Positions 16,840-26,348 of a stretch of 32,000 nucleotides of DNA are shown piece by piece (positions within the stretch are counted from its first letter, which is position 1; each line of letters starts with the position of its first letter). Origin of the DNA: Delftia acidovorans NBRC 14950 (GTDB lineage: Bacteria; Pseudomonadota; Gammaproteobacteria; Burkholderiales; Burkholderiaceae_C); assembly GCF_001598795.1 (NCBI RefSeq), contig NZ_BCZP01000032.1, forward strand, positions 1-32,000. The letters run 5' to 3'. The notes beneath the pieces were generated by a model. That model made no database searches, was not told the origin of the DNA, and worked only from the letters and a program-made list of their open reading frames with translations. The position numbers and the translations under genes were made by a program.

Positions 16840-19272
16840 ATGCACGACGATCCAAGACGCTTTTCCACCCACGCATTTCCCGATGCCTTGCGGCAGGCTG
16901 CGCTCAATGAGGCGCTGTCCAGGGCAGACATCCATGGCGAAGCGCCCACGCCACCGGCCACCCACCTGGCGCTGCGCAGCTCGTCACTGGGATCGGTGTT
17001 CATCACGCTGGCCACCTCGCCGCTGACGCTGCAGGCCGTGGCCAAGCGGCTGCGCGGCCCGGGCCTGCTGCTGTGCGCCTTGCTGCAAGGCAGCGCCGAT
17101 GCGGTGATCGAGGACGCCGCGTTCCCGATCAAGGCCGGCTCGGCCCTGCTGCTGGAGTCAGACCGGGACTGGCAGCTGCAGTTGCCCGGCGACGGCCGCC
17201 TGCTGCTTGCGCGGCTGGAGTCCTCGAGCTTTCTGTTGCGCCTGCTGCGCTCGTGCCCGCCCGAGGCCAGGCACATCGGCGGGACAGGCGGTGTGGGGGC
17301 CATGTGCATGGCAATGGCGGCCTCACTGGCAGAGCAGATCGACACACTGGCACAGGACGATCTGCTGTCGGTGGAGGCCACGCTCACCGACATGCTGGTC
17401 ACCTGCCTGACACCGCGCGCCGGCAATCCCGACCAGGAGCAGGCCGAGGCGACCGAGCCGCCAAGCGCCGTGCAGCTTGGCCATCTGCGCCGCATCTGCC
17501 GCGCCATCGAAACCCGGCTGGGCGATGCCGAGCTGTCCATCGATGCCATCGCCGACGCCGAGGGGCTGTCCACACGCTATCTGCAAAAGCTGTTCAAGGG
17601 GGCGGCCACCAGCTTCAGCACCTACCTGCGCGAACGCCGGCTGGAGCGCTGCCGCATGGACCTGAGCAACCGCTCGCTGCAGCATTTCTCCATTGCCGAG
17701 CTGTGCTTTCGCTGGGGCTTTGGCGATGCCGCCAACTTCAGCCGCGCTTTCACGGCCCGCTATGGTCTGTCCCCCAAGGCCTATCGCGCCAGTCCGGCGC
17801 GCGTGCAGGATGCGCCGCCCGGCCAGCGCGGACGCCCCTCGCCCGCCGAGAGCGCTGCGCAGGGTGCAGAACCGGCCGCAGCGCGCCTGGCACACAGCCC
17901 GTTCCAGGCCCTGCTGCGCGACCATGCACGCTACGCCCAGGCGCTGGCCCTTGTGCCCAAGCGCTCGGCGCACGCAGACAATGGCGGTGCGTCGCCCCAG
18001 CATTACTACCTTCCGGTCTCCGACAAGACCGTGCACTGGGGCTACCTGAGCCGTTCGCTCAAGCCCGTGCTTTCGGTGCGCTCGGGTGACGTGGTGACCA
18101 TGGAGACGCTGACCCAGCATGCCTCGGACGACTGGGAACGCATGATCGAGGGCGATCCGGGCGCCGAAAGCGTGTTCCACTGGACCGCGGCCCAGAAGGC
18201 CGTGGACCGGCGCGGCGCGGGCCCGATGGACGCCTCGATCTACGGCCGCGGCGCGGGCGAGGGCTTCGGCGTGCACATCTGCACCGGCCCCATCTATGTG
18301 CATGAGGCCGAACCCGGCGACCTGCTGGAGATACGCATCCTCGACGTGCAGCCACGCCCCAGCTGCAGCCCCGCCCACCACGGCCGTGTCTTCGGCAGCA
18401 ACGCCGCCGCCTGGTGGGGCTTTCACTACCGCGACCAGATCACGGAGCCCCGCCAGCGCGAAGTGGTCACCATCTACGAAATCGACCACGCACTGCCCGA
18501 GGAGCCCACGGCCCGCGCTGTCTACAACTACCGCTGGACGCCGCAGACCGACCCGTTCGGCGTGGTCCATCCGACCATCGACTACCCGGGCGTGCCCGTG
18601 GACCCCGCCACCATCACCCGGCGCTTTGGTGTGCTGGACAAGGCACGCGTGCCGCTGCGTCCGCATTTCGGCATGCTGGCCGTGGCACCGCGAGAGGCCG
18701 GCCTGATCGACTCCATACCGCCGAGCTACTTCGGCGGCAACCTGGACAACTGGCGCGCCGGCAAGGGCGCGACGCTCTTCCTGCCCGTATCGGTGCCAGG
18801 CGCGCTGTTTTCGGTGGGAGACCCGCATGCATCCCAAGGCGACTCGGAACTGTGCGGCACGGCCATCGAATGTTCGCTGACCGGCAGCTTCGAGCTGCGG
18901 GTGCACAAGCGCGCCGCGCTGGACAACCGCTTCCTTGCAGAGCTGGACCACCCTTTCCTGGAGACCGGCTCCGAATGGGTGATACAGGGCTTCAGCTTCA
19001 CCGACCACCTGGCCGAACTGGGCAGCCAGGCGCAGTCCCAGGTCTATCGCAAGTCATCGCTGGAAGGCGCCATGCGTGACGCCTTCCACAAGGCAAGGCG
19101 CTATCTGATGCTGGCCCACGGGCTGGACGAGGACGAGGCCGTATCGCTGATCTCCGTGGCCGTGGACTTCGCCGTGACGCAGGTGGTGGACGGCAACTGG
19201 GGCGTGCACGCCGTGATCAAGAAGGCGCTGTTTCCGCCGGAACTCTCGGCGTCCGCCCAGGCGGGCCCATGA
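16840..19272 (+). CDS. AraC-family regulator fused in frame to an acetamidase/formamidase domain (810 aa)
   Basis: There is no in-frame stop from 16840 to 19270. The AraC double HTH spans about 17476-17790 (LSIDAIADAEGLSTRYLQKLF...FSIAELCFRWGFGDAANFSRAFTARYGLSPKAYR). An amidase domain spans about 17998-19269 and is collinear with the neighbour 15204-16679. Start codon choice is uncertain because there is no SD. Confidence 0.7.
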   Translation: MHDDPRRFSTHAFPDALRQAALNEALSRADIHGEAPTPPATHLALRSSSLGSVFITLATSPLTLQAVAKRLRGPGLLLCALLQGSADAVIEDAAFPIKAGSALLLESDRDWQLQLPGDGRLLLARLESSSFLLRLLRSCPPEARHIGGTGGVGAMCMAMAASLAEQIDTLAQDDLLSVEATLTDMLVTCLTPRAGNPDQEQAEATEPPSAVQLGHLRRICRAIETRLGDAELSIDAIADAEGLSTRYLQKLFKGAATSFSTYLRERRLERCRMDLSNRSLQHFSIAELCFRWGFGDAANFSRAFTARYGLSPKAYRASPARVQDAPPGQRGRPSPAESAAQGAEPAAARLAHSPFQALLRDHARYAQALALVPKRSAHADNGGASPQHYYLPVSDKTVHWGYLSRSLKPVLSVRSGDVVTMETLTQHASDDWERMIEGDPGAESVFHWTAAQKAVDRRGAGPMDASIYGRGAGEGFGVHICTGPIYVHEAEPGDLLEIRILDVQPRPSCSPAHHGRVFGSNAAAWWGFHYRDQITEPRQREVVTIYEIDHALPEEPTARAVYNYRWTPQTDPFGVVHPTIDYPGVPVDPATITRRFGVLDKARVPLRPHFGMLAVAPREAGLIDSIPPSYFGGNLDNWRAGKGATLFLPVSVPGALFSVGDPHASQGDSELCGTAIECSLTGSFELRVHKRAALDNRFLAELDHPFLETGSEWVIQGFSFTDHLAELGSQAQSQVYRKSSLEGAMRDAFHKARRYLMLAHGLDEDEAVSLISVAVDFAVTQVVDGNWGVHAVIKKALFPPELSASAQAGP

Positions 19273-19285
19273 AGCCCGCCCGGGA

Positions 19286-20113
19286 TCAGACCCGTGCCAG
19301 GAAACGCGCGATGCGTTGGGCAATGCGCTCGGGCTGCTCGCGGTGGGGGACGTGGCCGCCGCCGGCCACGATCTCCACCTCCACCGGGCCGCTGGCGCGG
19401 TCGCGGATGCGCTCGGGATGGACCAGGGAGCCGAACTCGTCGAGCTCTCCATGGATGGCCAGCACCGGGCAGCGCACGCGCTCCAGCGCCTCGTCCAGCC
19501 GGTAGTCTGCAAAAGGCGGGGACAGCCAGGTATCGACCCAGGCAGACAGCACCCAGGCGGCCTTGTCGCCGTGGTATTTCTCCAGGCGCGCAAGCTGGCC
19601 GGGCCGGGCGAAATCCTGTTGGGCCGCGCGAATGCCCTGCAAGGTGCGATCTTCCACAAAGGCCTGGGCGGACTCCGTGATCACCGCCTTGCACTGCGCG
19701 CCATATCGGGCCGCCACCATGGCGGCCATGCCGCCGCCCACGCTGTGGCCCAGCACAATGAAATCCCCAAGGCCCAGCCCCTGGTGCACGGCCGGGAACA
19801 CGGTCTCTGCCTCCCGGGCCACAAAGCCCGGCCCCAGCGTGCCCGGATAGGGATCGGACTGGCCAAAGCCCAGCCGGTCATAGGCCAGCACATCGCGGCG
19901 CGTGGCCTCGGCCAATTGCTGCGGGAAATCGCGCCACAGCGCCACCGAGCCCAGCGAGTCGTGCAACAGCACGATGGGCGCGCGCGCCGGGCCTTGTTCG
20001 CCTTCGCCGGCCGCCGGCGCCTGCCAGCGCCTGACGTAGATGCTGCCCTGCGGTGTGGGAATGCGGATTTCGTTCAAGGATGCGGGGATGTCGGTCATGC
20101 ACGAGGAAGGCAT
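19286..20113 (-). CDS. Alpha/beta-fold hydrolase (275 aa; alternative starts 20098 and 20128)
   Basis: HD/HG motif VLLHDSLGS, nucleophile elbow GHSVGG, CPVLAIHGELD, GGHVPH. GGAG lies 8 nt before the ATG at 20113. Confidence 0.75.
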   Translation of the reverse strand: MPSSCMTDIPASLNEIRIPTPQGSIYVRRWQAPAAGEGEQGPARAPIVLLHDSLGSVALWRDFPQQLAEATRRDVLAYDRLGFGQSDPYPGTLGPGFVAREAETVFPAVHQGLGLGDFIVLGHSVGGGMAAMVAARYGAQCKAVITESAQAFVEDRTLQGIRAAQQDFARPGQLARLEKYHGDKAAWVLSAWVDTWLSPPFADYRLDEALERVRCPVLAIHGELDEFGSLVHPERIRDRASGPVEVEIVAGGGHVPHREQPERIAQRIARFLARV

Positions 20114-20331
20114 CGAAAAAAACTCCATGCCGGTCGGCGCCGGCCCGGCAGACATCATGCGCCTGCATGCCGCCAGAGGGCGACACCGTGGCGACGCGCT
20201 GGGCGAAATGCGGCAGCTTTTGTCTCTCTCGGGGCAGCTTTTGCGAACCCGGGCGCGCGGGTTCCTCCGATGGTGAAAGGCCAGGCAGCGGCGTATAAGT
20301 TGAAGCCACCCCACGCACGCGAAGGCCTGCC

Positions 20332-20685
20332 ATGTCACACGCTTCCGCTCCCCTGCCCGGCGCCGCACAGGCTGCCGTGGACCCGCGCCAGTTCAAGAGC
20401 TTTGCCGAGTTCTATCCGTTCTACCTTCAGGAACACAGCAACCGTACCTGCCGGCGCCTGCACTTCGTCGGCTCCACGCTGGCGCTGCTGTGCCTGTTCG
20501 CGCTGTTCCTGACCGGCAATTTCGGGTTCCTGCTCGGCGGCCTGCTGTTCGGCTACGGCTTTGCCTGGATAGGGCACTTCGGCTTCGAGAAAAACCGGCC
20601 CGCCAGCTTCAAGCGCCCGCTGTACAGCTTTCGCGGCGACTGGGTGATGTGGCGCGACATCCTCACCGGACGCATTGCACTCTAA
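20332..20685 (+). CDS. DUF962 (Mpo1-like) membrane protein
   Basis: FAEFYPFYLQEHSNRTCRRLHFVGSTLALLCLF...GYGFAWIGHFGFEKNRPASFKRPLYSFRGDWVMW, typical of DUF962. Confidence 0.8.
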   Translation: MSHASAPLPGAAQAAVDPRQFKSFAEFYPFYLQEHSNRTCRRLHFVGSTLALLCLFALFLTGNFGFLLGGLLFGYGFAWIGHFGFEKNRPASFKRPLYSFRGDWVMWRDILTGRIAL

Positions 20686-20701
20686 AGCGCCGCGCCGGGC
20701 A

Positions 20702-22048
20702 CTACGGCCGGGGCCGGCTCTCCAGCAGGCTGGCCAGCGTCATGCCCGCCAGGCCCGTGCGCTCCCACAGCGGCTGCACGGCCGCGGAAGGCGCCAGCAG
20801 CAGGCGTTCGACCAGGGGGGCCAAGGGCGTGTGTTGCGGGTCCACCAGCAGCATGTAGCGGGGCTCGGTGCCCTCGCTGCCCGCCGCAACGCCAGGCGCC
20901 TGCACCGTTCCCACCCAGTCGAGCACGGACAGCGCCTGCAGCACCGGATCGATCTGCTGCCAGTCCACATGCAGGCGTCGTGCCAGATCGCTGGCATACA
21001 GGCCCTTGGCGGGCGACTCGCGCTCCTGCTCCAGGTACTGCAGGATTTCCACGGCCATCTCGAACTGCCAGCCCTGCTGTCCGGGCATGCGCTGCACGCC
21101 GGCCATGACGATGGGCAGATACGCGGTGACCACGGCGCCCAGCAGCACGATGATCCAGGCCATGTAGATCCAGATCAGCAGGATCGGCAAGGTGGCAAAG
21201 GTGCCGTAGATGACCGAATAGGTAGGCACCGAGGCCAGGTACAGGCCCAGCGCCTTCTTGGCCAGCTCCATGCAGGTGGCCACGAACAGGCCGCCCACCC
21301 AGGCATGGCGCCAGCGCACCGCCGTATTGGGCACGTAGTGGTACAGGCCCGCCATGCCAGCGGCCAGCGCCAAATACTCGATGGAATCGAAGATGAAGCG
21401 CAACCCCTCGGGCAGCGCATTGACCAGCCCGCGCGAGGCCGACATCACATAGGACGACAGCACCAGGCTCAGGCCCAGCACCAGCGGGCCCAGCGTGATC
21501 GCGGCCCAGTAGATCAGCACGCGCTGGCCCAGCGGCCGCAGCTGGCGCACGCGCCAGATGTTGTTGAGCGTGCGGTCTATGGTGAGGATCAGCGCGACCG
21601 CCGTGATCACCAGAATGGAAAAACCGGCCATGCCCAGCTGGCTGGCCTTGGAGGCGAACTGCGTCAGATAGCCCAGCACCTGGCGCGCAATGGTCTCGGG
21701 GATCAGGCTGTCGATCAGCCAGCGCTCCAGCACGATCTGCACGCGCGAGAAGATGGGAAACGCCGTGAACAGCGCCAGCGCCACCGTGAAGAACGGCACC
21801 AGGGCCAGCACCGTGGTGAAGGTCAGGCTGCTGGCGGTGACGCCCAGCCGGTCCTCTCGAAAGCGTTCGCGCAGCGTGTGCGCGGTATTGCGCCAGGGAA
21901 AGCAGCGCAGGCGCTCGCGCCAGGATGGGGGCACCACAGGCTCGGGCCGCTCCATCAGCGAAAGGCTGCGCTCCTGTTCGGGCGCGGGCAGTGCAACGGC
22001 ACCGTCCTCCAGGCCACCGGCAGGCTCCTGCCCGGGGCCGCCGCTCAT
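20702..22048 (-). CDS. YihY/BrkB-family inner membrane protein (448 aa; start uncertain among 22048, 22054 and 22105)
   Basis: RLGVTASSLTFTTVLALVPFFTVALALFTAFPIF...GTFATLPILLIWIYMAWIIVLLGA, a multi-TM YihY pattern with a soluble C-terminal extension. GGAG lies 8 nt before the ATG at 22048. Confidence 0.8.
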   Translation of the reverse strand: MSGGPGQEPAGGLEDGAVALPAPEQERSLSLMERPEPVVPPSWRERLRCFPWRNTAHTLRERFREDRLGVTASSLTFTTVLALVPFFTVALALFTAFPIFSRVQIVLERWLIDSLIPETIARQVLGYLTQFASKASQLGMAGFSILVITAVALILTIDRTLNNIWRVRQLRPLGQRVLIYWAAITLGPLVLGLSLVLSSYVMSASRGLVNALPEGLRFIFDSIEYLALAAGMAGLYHYVPNTAVRWRHAWVGGLFVATCMELAKKALGLYLASVPTYSVIYGTFATLPILLIWIYMAWIIVLLGAVVTAYLPIVMAGVQRMPGQQGWQFEMAVEILQYLEQERESPAKGLYASDLARRLHVDWQQIDPVLQALSVLDWVGTVQAPGVAAGSEGTEPRYMLLVDPQHTPLAPLVERLLLAPSAAVQPLWERTGLAGMTLASLLESRPRP

Positions 22049-22155
22049 CGCCATATCTCCGCTGCAACGCGCGTGCCTGAAACGGGAACGCGCGTGACCA
22101 TCCAAGCAATCACATGTTCAAAGGACAAGACCATGGCCGATATGATGCCACCCCG

Positions 22156-22554
22156 ATGACTGATTCCATTTCTCGCCCCGGCGCCGATGTCGCCGCCACC
22201 CGCTGGCTGGCGGTCTCCAGCCTCATGGGCCTGATCGTGCTGAGCCTGGCCTGGGAACTGTGGCTGGCGCCCATGCGGCCAGGGGGCTCCTGGCTGGTGC
22301 TCAAGGCCCTTCCGCTGGCGATTCCGCTGATCGGCCTGCTCAAGCACCGCATGTATACCTACCGCTGGGTCAGCCTGCTGGTGTGGATCTATTTCACCGA
22401 GGGCGTGGTGCGCGCCTGGAGCGACCCGGCGCCCGGCCGCTGGCTGGCGCTGCTCGAAGTTTTCCTGTGCCTGATGCTGTTCACCGCCTGCGCCCTGCAT
22501 GTGCGCTGGCGCCAGCGCAGCGCGCGCCGCGCGGCCCAGGCGGCCGGCGGCTGA
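22156..22554 (+). CDS. DUF2069 membrane protein (132 aa)
   Basis: WLAVSSLMGLIVLSLAWELWLAP...LKALPLAIPLIGLLKHRMYTYRWVSLLVWIYFTEGVVRAW, the DUF2069 pattern. Confidence 0.75.
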   Translation: MTDSISRPGADVAATRWLAVSSLMGLIVLSLAWELWLAPMRPGGSWLVLKALPLAIPLIGLLKHRMYTYRWVSLLVWIYFTEGVVRAWSDPAPGRWLALLEVFLCLMLFTACALHVRWRQRSARRAAQAAGG

Positions 22555-22597
22555 GTCCCCGTTTTCATGCCTTCACGTCTTTGAAAGAAGTTGCAAC

Positions 22598-24022
22598 ATG
22601 ACTGCACTGCTTGAACGCCTGCGCCAGATCGTCGGCGAAGCCCATGTCCTCACCGAGGGCGACCTCGTGGCCTATGAACAGGACTGGCGCCGCCGCGTGC
22701 GCGGCAAGTCCCTGGCCGTGGTACGCCCGGCCAGCACGGCCGAGGTGGCCGCCGTGGTGCGCGAATGCGCGGCCGCGGGCACCAGCATCATTCCCCAGGG
22801 CGGAAACACCGGCCTGTCGGTGGGCTCCACGCCGGACGACAGCGGCACGCAGGTGGTGCTCAGCCTCACGCGCATGAATGCCGTGCGCAACATCGACCGC
22901 GACAACCTGAGCTTCACCGTCGAGGCAGGCTGCATCCTGCAAAGCCTGCAGGAGCTTGCCGAGAAAGAGGGCCTGCTGTTCCCGCTGTCGCTGGCCGCCG
23001 AAGGCAGCTGCACCATTGGCGGCAACCTGGGAACGAACGCGGGCGGCACCCAGGTGGTGCGCTACGGCAACACGCGCGAGCTGTGCCTGGGCCTGGAAGT
23101 GGTCACCCCGCAGGGCGAGATCTGGGACGGCCTCAAGGGCCTGCGCAAGGACAACACCGGCTACGACCTGCGCGACCTGTTCATCGGCAGCGAAGGCACG
23201 CTGGGCATCATCACCGCCGCCACCATGAAGCTGTTCCCCCAGCCTGCGGCCCAGCTCACGGCCTTCGCCGCCGTGCCCTCCATGGAAGCGGCCGTGCGCC
23301 TGCTGGGCATGGCGCACCAGTACCTGGGCGCGGGCCTGACGGGCTTCGAGGTCATGGGCCAGTTCGCGCTGTCCCTGGTGATCAAGCACATGCCCCAGCT
23401 GCGCGTGCCCTTTGCGGGCCTGGACGGCGCGCCGCCCTATTACGTGCTGGTCGAGAACTCGGACAGCGAGTCCGAGCAGCATGCGCGCGAGCGTTTCGAG
23501 GCGCTGCTGGAGCTGGCCTTCGAGGACGGCTGCGTGCTTGACGCCGTGGTGGCCGAAAGCCTGTCGCAGGCCCATGAGCTGTGGCACATCCGCGAAAGCA
23601 TTCCGCTGGCCCAGGCCGAGGAGGGCCTGAACATCAAGCACGACATCTCCATTGCGGCATCGCGCATTCCCGCCTTCGTCGAACACACCGATGCCGTGCT
23701 GCAGCGCGAGATCCCGGGTGTGCGCCTGGTCAACTTCGGGCACCTGGGCGACGGCAACCTGCACTACAACGTGCAGGCGCCCGAGGGCGGCGACGCCAAG
23801 GCCTTCCTCAATGAGCGCGAGCACCTGGTCAACCACCTGGTCTACGAGGCCGTGGCCGAATTCGGCGGCTCGTTCTCTGCCGAGCACGGCGTGGGCGCGC
23901 TCAAGGTGGACAAGCTGGAAAAGTACCAGTCGCCCGTGGCCCTGGGCATGATGCGCGCCATCAAGCAGGCATTGGATCCTCAAGGCCTGATGAATCCCGG
24001 CTGCATCCTGGCGCGCGCCTGA
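22598..24022 (+). CDS. FAD-linked oxidoreductase, GlcD / D-2-hydroxyacid (D-2-hydroxyglutarate) dehydrogenase-like (474 aa)
   Basis: FAD_binding_4-type N-terminus AVVRPASTAEVAAVVRECAAAGTSIIPQGGNTGLSVGSTP, and C-terminal FAD-oxidase block GSFSAEHGVGALK...KQALDPQGLMNPG. Confidence 0.85.
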   Translation: MTALLERLRQIVGEAHVLTEGDLVAYEQDWRRRVRGKSLAVVRPASTAEVAAVVRECAAAGTSIIPQGGNTGLSVGSTPDDSGTQVVLSLTRMNAVRNIDRDNLSFTVEAGCILQSLQELAEKEGLLFPLSLAAEGSCTIGGNLGTNAGGTQVVRYGNTRELCLGLEVVTPQGEIWDGLKGLRKDNTGYDLRDLFIGSEGTLGIITAATMKLFPQPAAQLTAFAAVPSMEAAVRLLGMAHQYLGAGLTGFEVMGQFALSLVIKHMPQLRVPFAGLDGAPPYYVLVENSDSESEQHARERFEALLELAFEDGCVLDAVVAESLSQAHELWHIRESIPLAQAEEGLNIKHDISIAASRIPAFVEHTDAVLQREIPGVRLVNFGHLGDGNLHYNVQAPEGGDAKAFLNEREHLVNHLVYEAVAEFGGSFSAEHGVGALKVDKLEKYQSPVALGMMRAIKQALDPQGLMNPGCILARA

Positions 24023-24044
24023 TCGGGCAGCGCCGGCTTTTCAG

Positions 24045-24079
24045 GAACGGGCAGGGCTGCAGCGCGGCGCTGCCCGTTC
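24045..24079. terminator. 10-bp perfect hairpin between convergent genes (likely terminator)
   Basis: GAACGGGCAG(24045-24054)/CTGCCCGTTC(24070-24079), followed on the plus strand by TTGCATTC (weak U tract). Confidence 0.5.
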
Positions 24080-24146
24080 TTGCATTCAAACGCCGTCAGG
24101 TGCGGCCAAACTCGGCCAAACTCGGCCCGGTGCGGCCAGGCGCAGA

Positions 24147-24731
24147 TCAGGAAGCGGGCTTGTTGCTCTCGACCACGGCAAAGGATTTCTGCACCTGGCT
24201 GGGCCAGGCGATGTCGGCACCGGCCGCGTCGGAGAAGTCGGTCTGCTTGCCATCGGTCAGCAGCCACACGCGCAGTGCGTTGCGCGCGGGATCGATCACG
24301 ATGGCTCCCATCTCCTCGCCGCCCTGGTGGGGGCGCAGGCCGACGATGCTCCACACATCGCCTTCCTTGGTCAGCGGGCCCACGGTGCGCATATTGCTCA
24401 GCAGGGTAGGGTAGCTGGTGCCCAGCAGCGCCTTGAGCCGCTCGGCCAGCACGCCTTGCTCCAGGTAGTTGGTGCCGTCATAGGGGTACTTGCCCAGGTA
24501 CTCGGCCAGGCTGTCCAGGCCGGGCTCCCCCGCCTTGGCGGTGGACGGCAGGCGCGTGCGCTCGGGAAAGTTCAGCGTCAATGCGGGCGCGGGCGCGGCC
24601 ACATCGAGTGCCACGGACTGCACGGCCTTGGGAGTGGGAACGGTGGGAGAGCGCGGATCACAGGCTGTCAGCGCCAGCATGGCGGCACCCAGTGCGATTC
24701 CGGCCTGCCAGGGGGAGAGCATGGAAGACAT
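24147..24731 (-). CDS. Hypothetical lipoprotein (194 aa)
   Basis: Signal peptide with lipobox: [33 protein letters not shown] 7 nt before the ATG at 24731. No family recognised. Confidence 0.7.
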   Translation of the reverse strand: MSSMLSPWQAGIALGAAMLALTACDPRSPTVPTPKAVQSVALDVAAPAPALTLNFPERTRLPSTAKAGEPGLDSLAEYLGKYPYDGTNYLEQGVLAERLKALLGTSYPTLLSNMRTVGPLTKEGDVWSIVGLRPHQGGEEMGAIVIDPARNALRVWLLTDGKQTDFSDAAGADIAWPSQVQKSFAVVESNKPAS

Positions 24732-24906
24732 GCGCAAGCTCCTTGTCAAAGCGGATGCGAAAAAACCATGGCGCCGGTGTGAAAGCCCAGGCAAGACACC
24801 GGCGCCCGTCGGCAGTCATTTTCGCACCGGGGGTTGCAAACCTTGTTTCGAGGGGCATGGATACCGTCGGACAAGGCGCCGTATTCATCAAGGGATAATC
24901 CCCGCC

Positions 24907-25731
24907 ATGAACATGACTGCCGCGCCCCGCCCTGCCCGCTCACAGTACGAAGATTTCATGCGCCATGTCTACGAACATGGCGTGTCCAAGACCGACCGTA
25001 CCGGAACGGGTACGCGCAGCGTGTTCGGGCACCAGATGCGCTTCGATCTGTCCGAAGGCTTTCCGCTGGTCACCACCAAGAAGGTGCACCTCAAATCCAT
25101 CATCCTGGAACTGCTGTGGTTCCTGCGCGGCGACAGCAACGTGCGCTGGCTGCAGGAGCGCGGCTGCACCATCTGGAACGAATGGGCACGCGAGGACGGC
25201 GACCTGGGCCCGGTCTACGGCGTGCAATGGCGCAGCTGGCCCACGCCGGACGGCGGCCACATCGACCAGATCGCCGAAGTGGTCAAGCAGCTCAAGAGCA
25301 ACCCGGACAGCCGCCGCATCATCGTCAGCGCCTGGAACGTGGCCGACCTGCCGCAGATGGCGCTCATGCCCTGCCACGCCTTCTTCCAGTTCTATGTGGC
25401 CGACGGCAAGCTCAGTTGCCAGCTGTACCAGCGCAGCGCGGACATCTTCCTGGGTGTTCCCTTCAACATCGCCAGCTACGCATTGCTGACCCACATGCTG
25501 GCCCAGCAATGCGACCTGCAGGTGGGCGACTTCATCTGGACCGGCGGCGACTGCCATATCTACAACAACCACTTCACCCAGGTCGAGACCCAGCTGGCCC
25601 GCCAGCCCTTCGCCTACCCGACGCTGCAGATCAAGCGCCGGCCCGACTCCATCTTCGGCTACGAGTACGAGGATTTCGAGGTCGTCGGCTACCAGCACCA
25701 CGAGCCCATCAAGGCCCCCGTGGCCGTCTGA
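24907..25731 (+). CDS. thyA: Thymidylate synthase (274 aa)
   Basis: [36 protein letters not shown]...[14 protein letters not shown] (catalytic Cys)...[21 protein letters not shown]. Confidence 0.95.
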   Translation: MNMTAAPRPARSQYEDFMRHVYEHGVSKTDRTGTGTRSVFGHQMRFDLSEGFPLVTTKKVHLKSIILELLWFLRGDSNVRWLQERGCTIWNEWAREDGDLGPVYGVQWRSWPTPDGGHIDQIAEVVKQLKSNPDSRRIIVSAWNVADLPQMALMPCHAFFQFYVADGKLSCQLYQRSADIFLGVPFNIASYALLTHMLAQQCDLQVGDFIWTGGDCHIYNNHFTQVETQLARQPFAYPTLQIKRRPDSIFGYEYEDFEVVGYQHHEPIKAPVAV

Positions 25732-25752
25732 GGCTGCAGAAAGACCCGTCCG

Positions 25753-26253
25753 ATGGCCATCCATCTCATCTACGCACGCGCCGCCAACGGCGTCATCGGC
25801 AAGGACAATGCCATGCCCTGGCACCTGCCCGAGGACCTGGCGCACTTCAAGCAATTGACCCAGGGCTCGGCCGTGGTCATGGGCCGCAAGACCTGGGACT
25901 CGCTGCCGGCCCGCTTCAGGCCGCTGCCCGGGCGCACCAACATCGTCGTCACGCGACAGGCGGACTGGGCGCCCGAGCCGGCCGCCCCCGGCGTGCTGCA
26001 TGCCACCAGCCTGGAGCAGGCCATGGCGCTGGGCCTCCAGGCATCGGCCGACGTCTGGGTCATGGGCGGTGCCCAGATCTACGCCCAGGCCCTGCCGCTG
26101 GCCGACAGCATCGAGGTGACCGAGATAGAGCGCGACTACGAAGGCGATGCCTTCGCCCCCACGCTCGGCCCCGAGTGGCAGGAAGCGTCACGCAGCCGCC
26201 ATGTGGCCGCCAACGGGCTGCCCTACAGCTTTGTGCGCCTGCAACGACGCTGA
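25753..26253 (+). CDS. folA: Dihydrofolate reductase (166 aa)
   Basis: IHLIYARAANGVIGKDNAMPWHLPEDLAHFKQLTQGSAVVMGRKTWDSLP...RTNIVVTR. It starts 21 nt after thyA, so an operon is likely. Confidence 0.95.
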   Translation: MAIHLIYARAANGVIGKDNAMPWHLPEDLAHFKQLTQGSAVVMGRKTWDSLPARFRPLPGRTNIVVTRQADWAPEPAAPGVLHATSLEQAMALGLQASADVWVMGGAQIYAQALPLADSIEVTEIERDYEGDAFAPTLGPEWQEASRSRHVAANGLPYSFVRLQRR

Positions 26254-26348
26254 CATACCCCTGTCGCACACGGGGCTGGCGGGCGCGGCGGGTCTGTGCA
26301 AATAATGTCGTTTTTCCACGCCTTCGCCGTCTTTCGCGCCTCTTCGCC

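Noticed and set aside
14358-20113. Mirror-symmetric gene order: hydrolase(+), amidase(-), amidase(+), hydrolase(-), suggesting a large inverted duplication of a two-gene unit.
   Set aside because: The two amidase domains are clearly paralogous. The two alpha/beta hydrolases share only fold-level motifs (GHSxG elbow, CPVL...G, C-terminal GH), so the symmetry of the outer genes is probably coincidental.
24104-24127. A tandem 10-bp repeat, GGCCAAACTC x2 (+GGCC), with a flanking repeated GGTGCGGCCA.
   Set aside because: It has only two copies in a 3' intergenic region, with no coding or array-like context. It is most simply a small slippage duplication.
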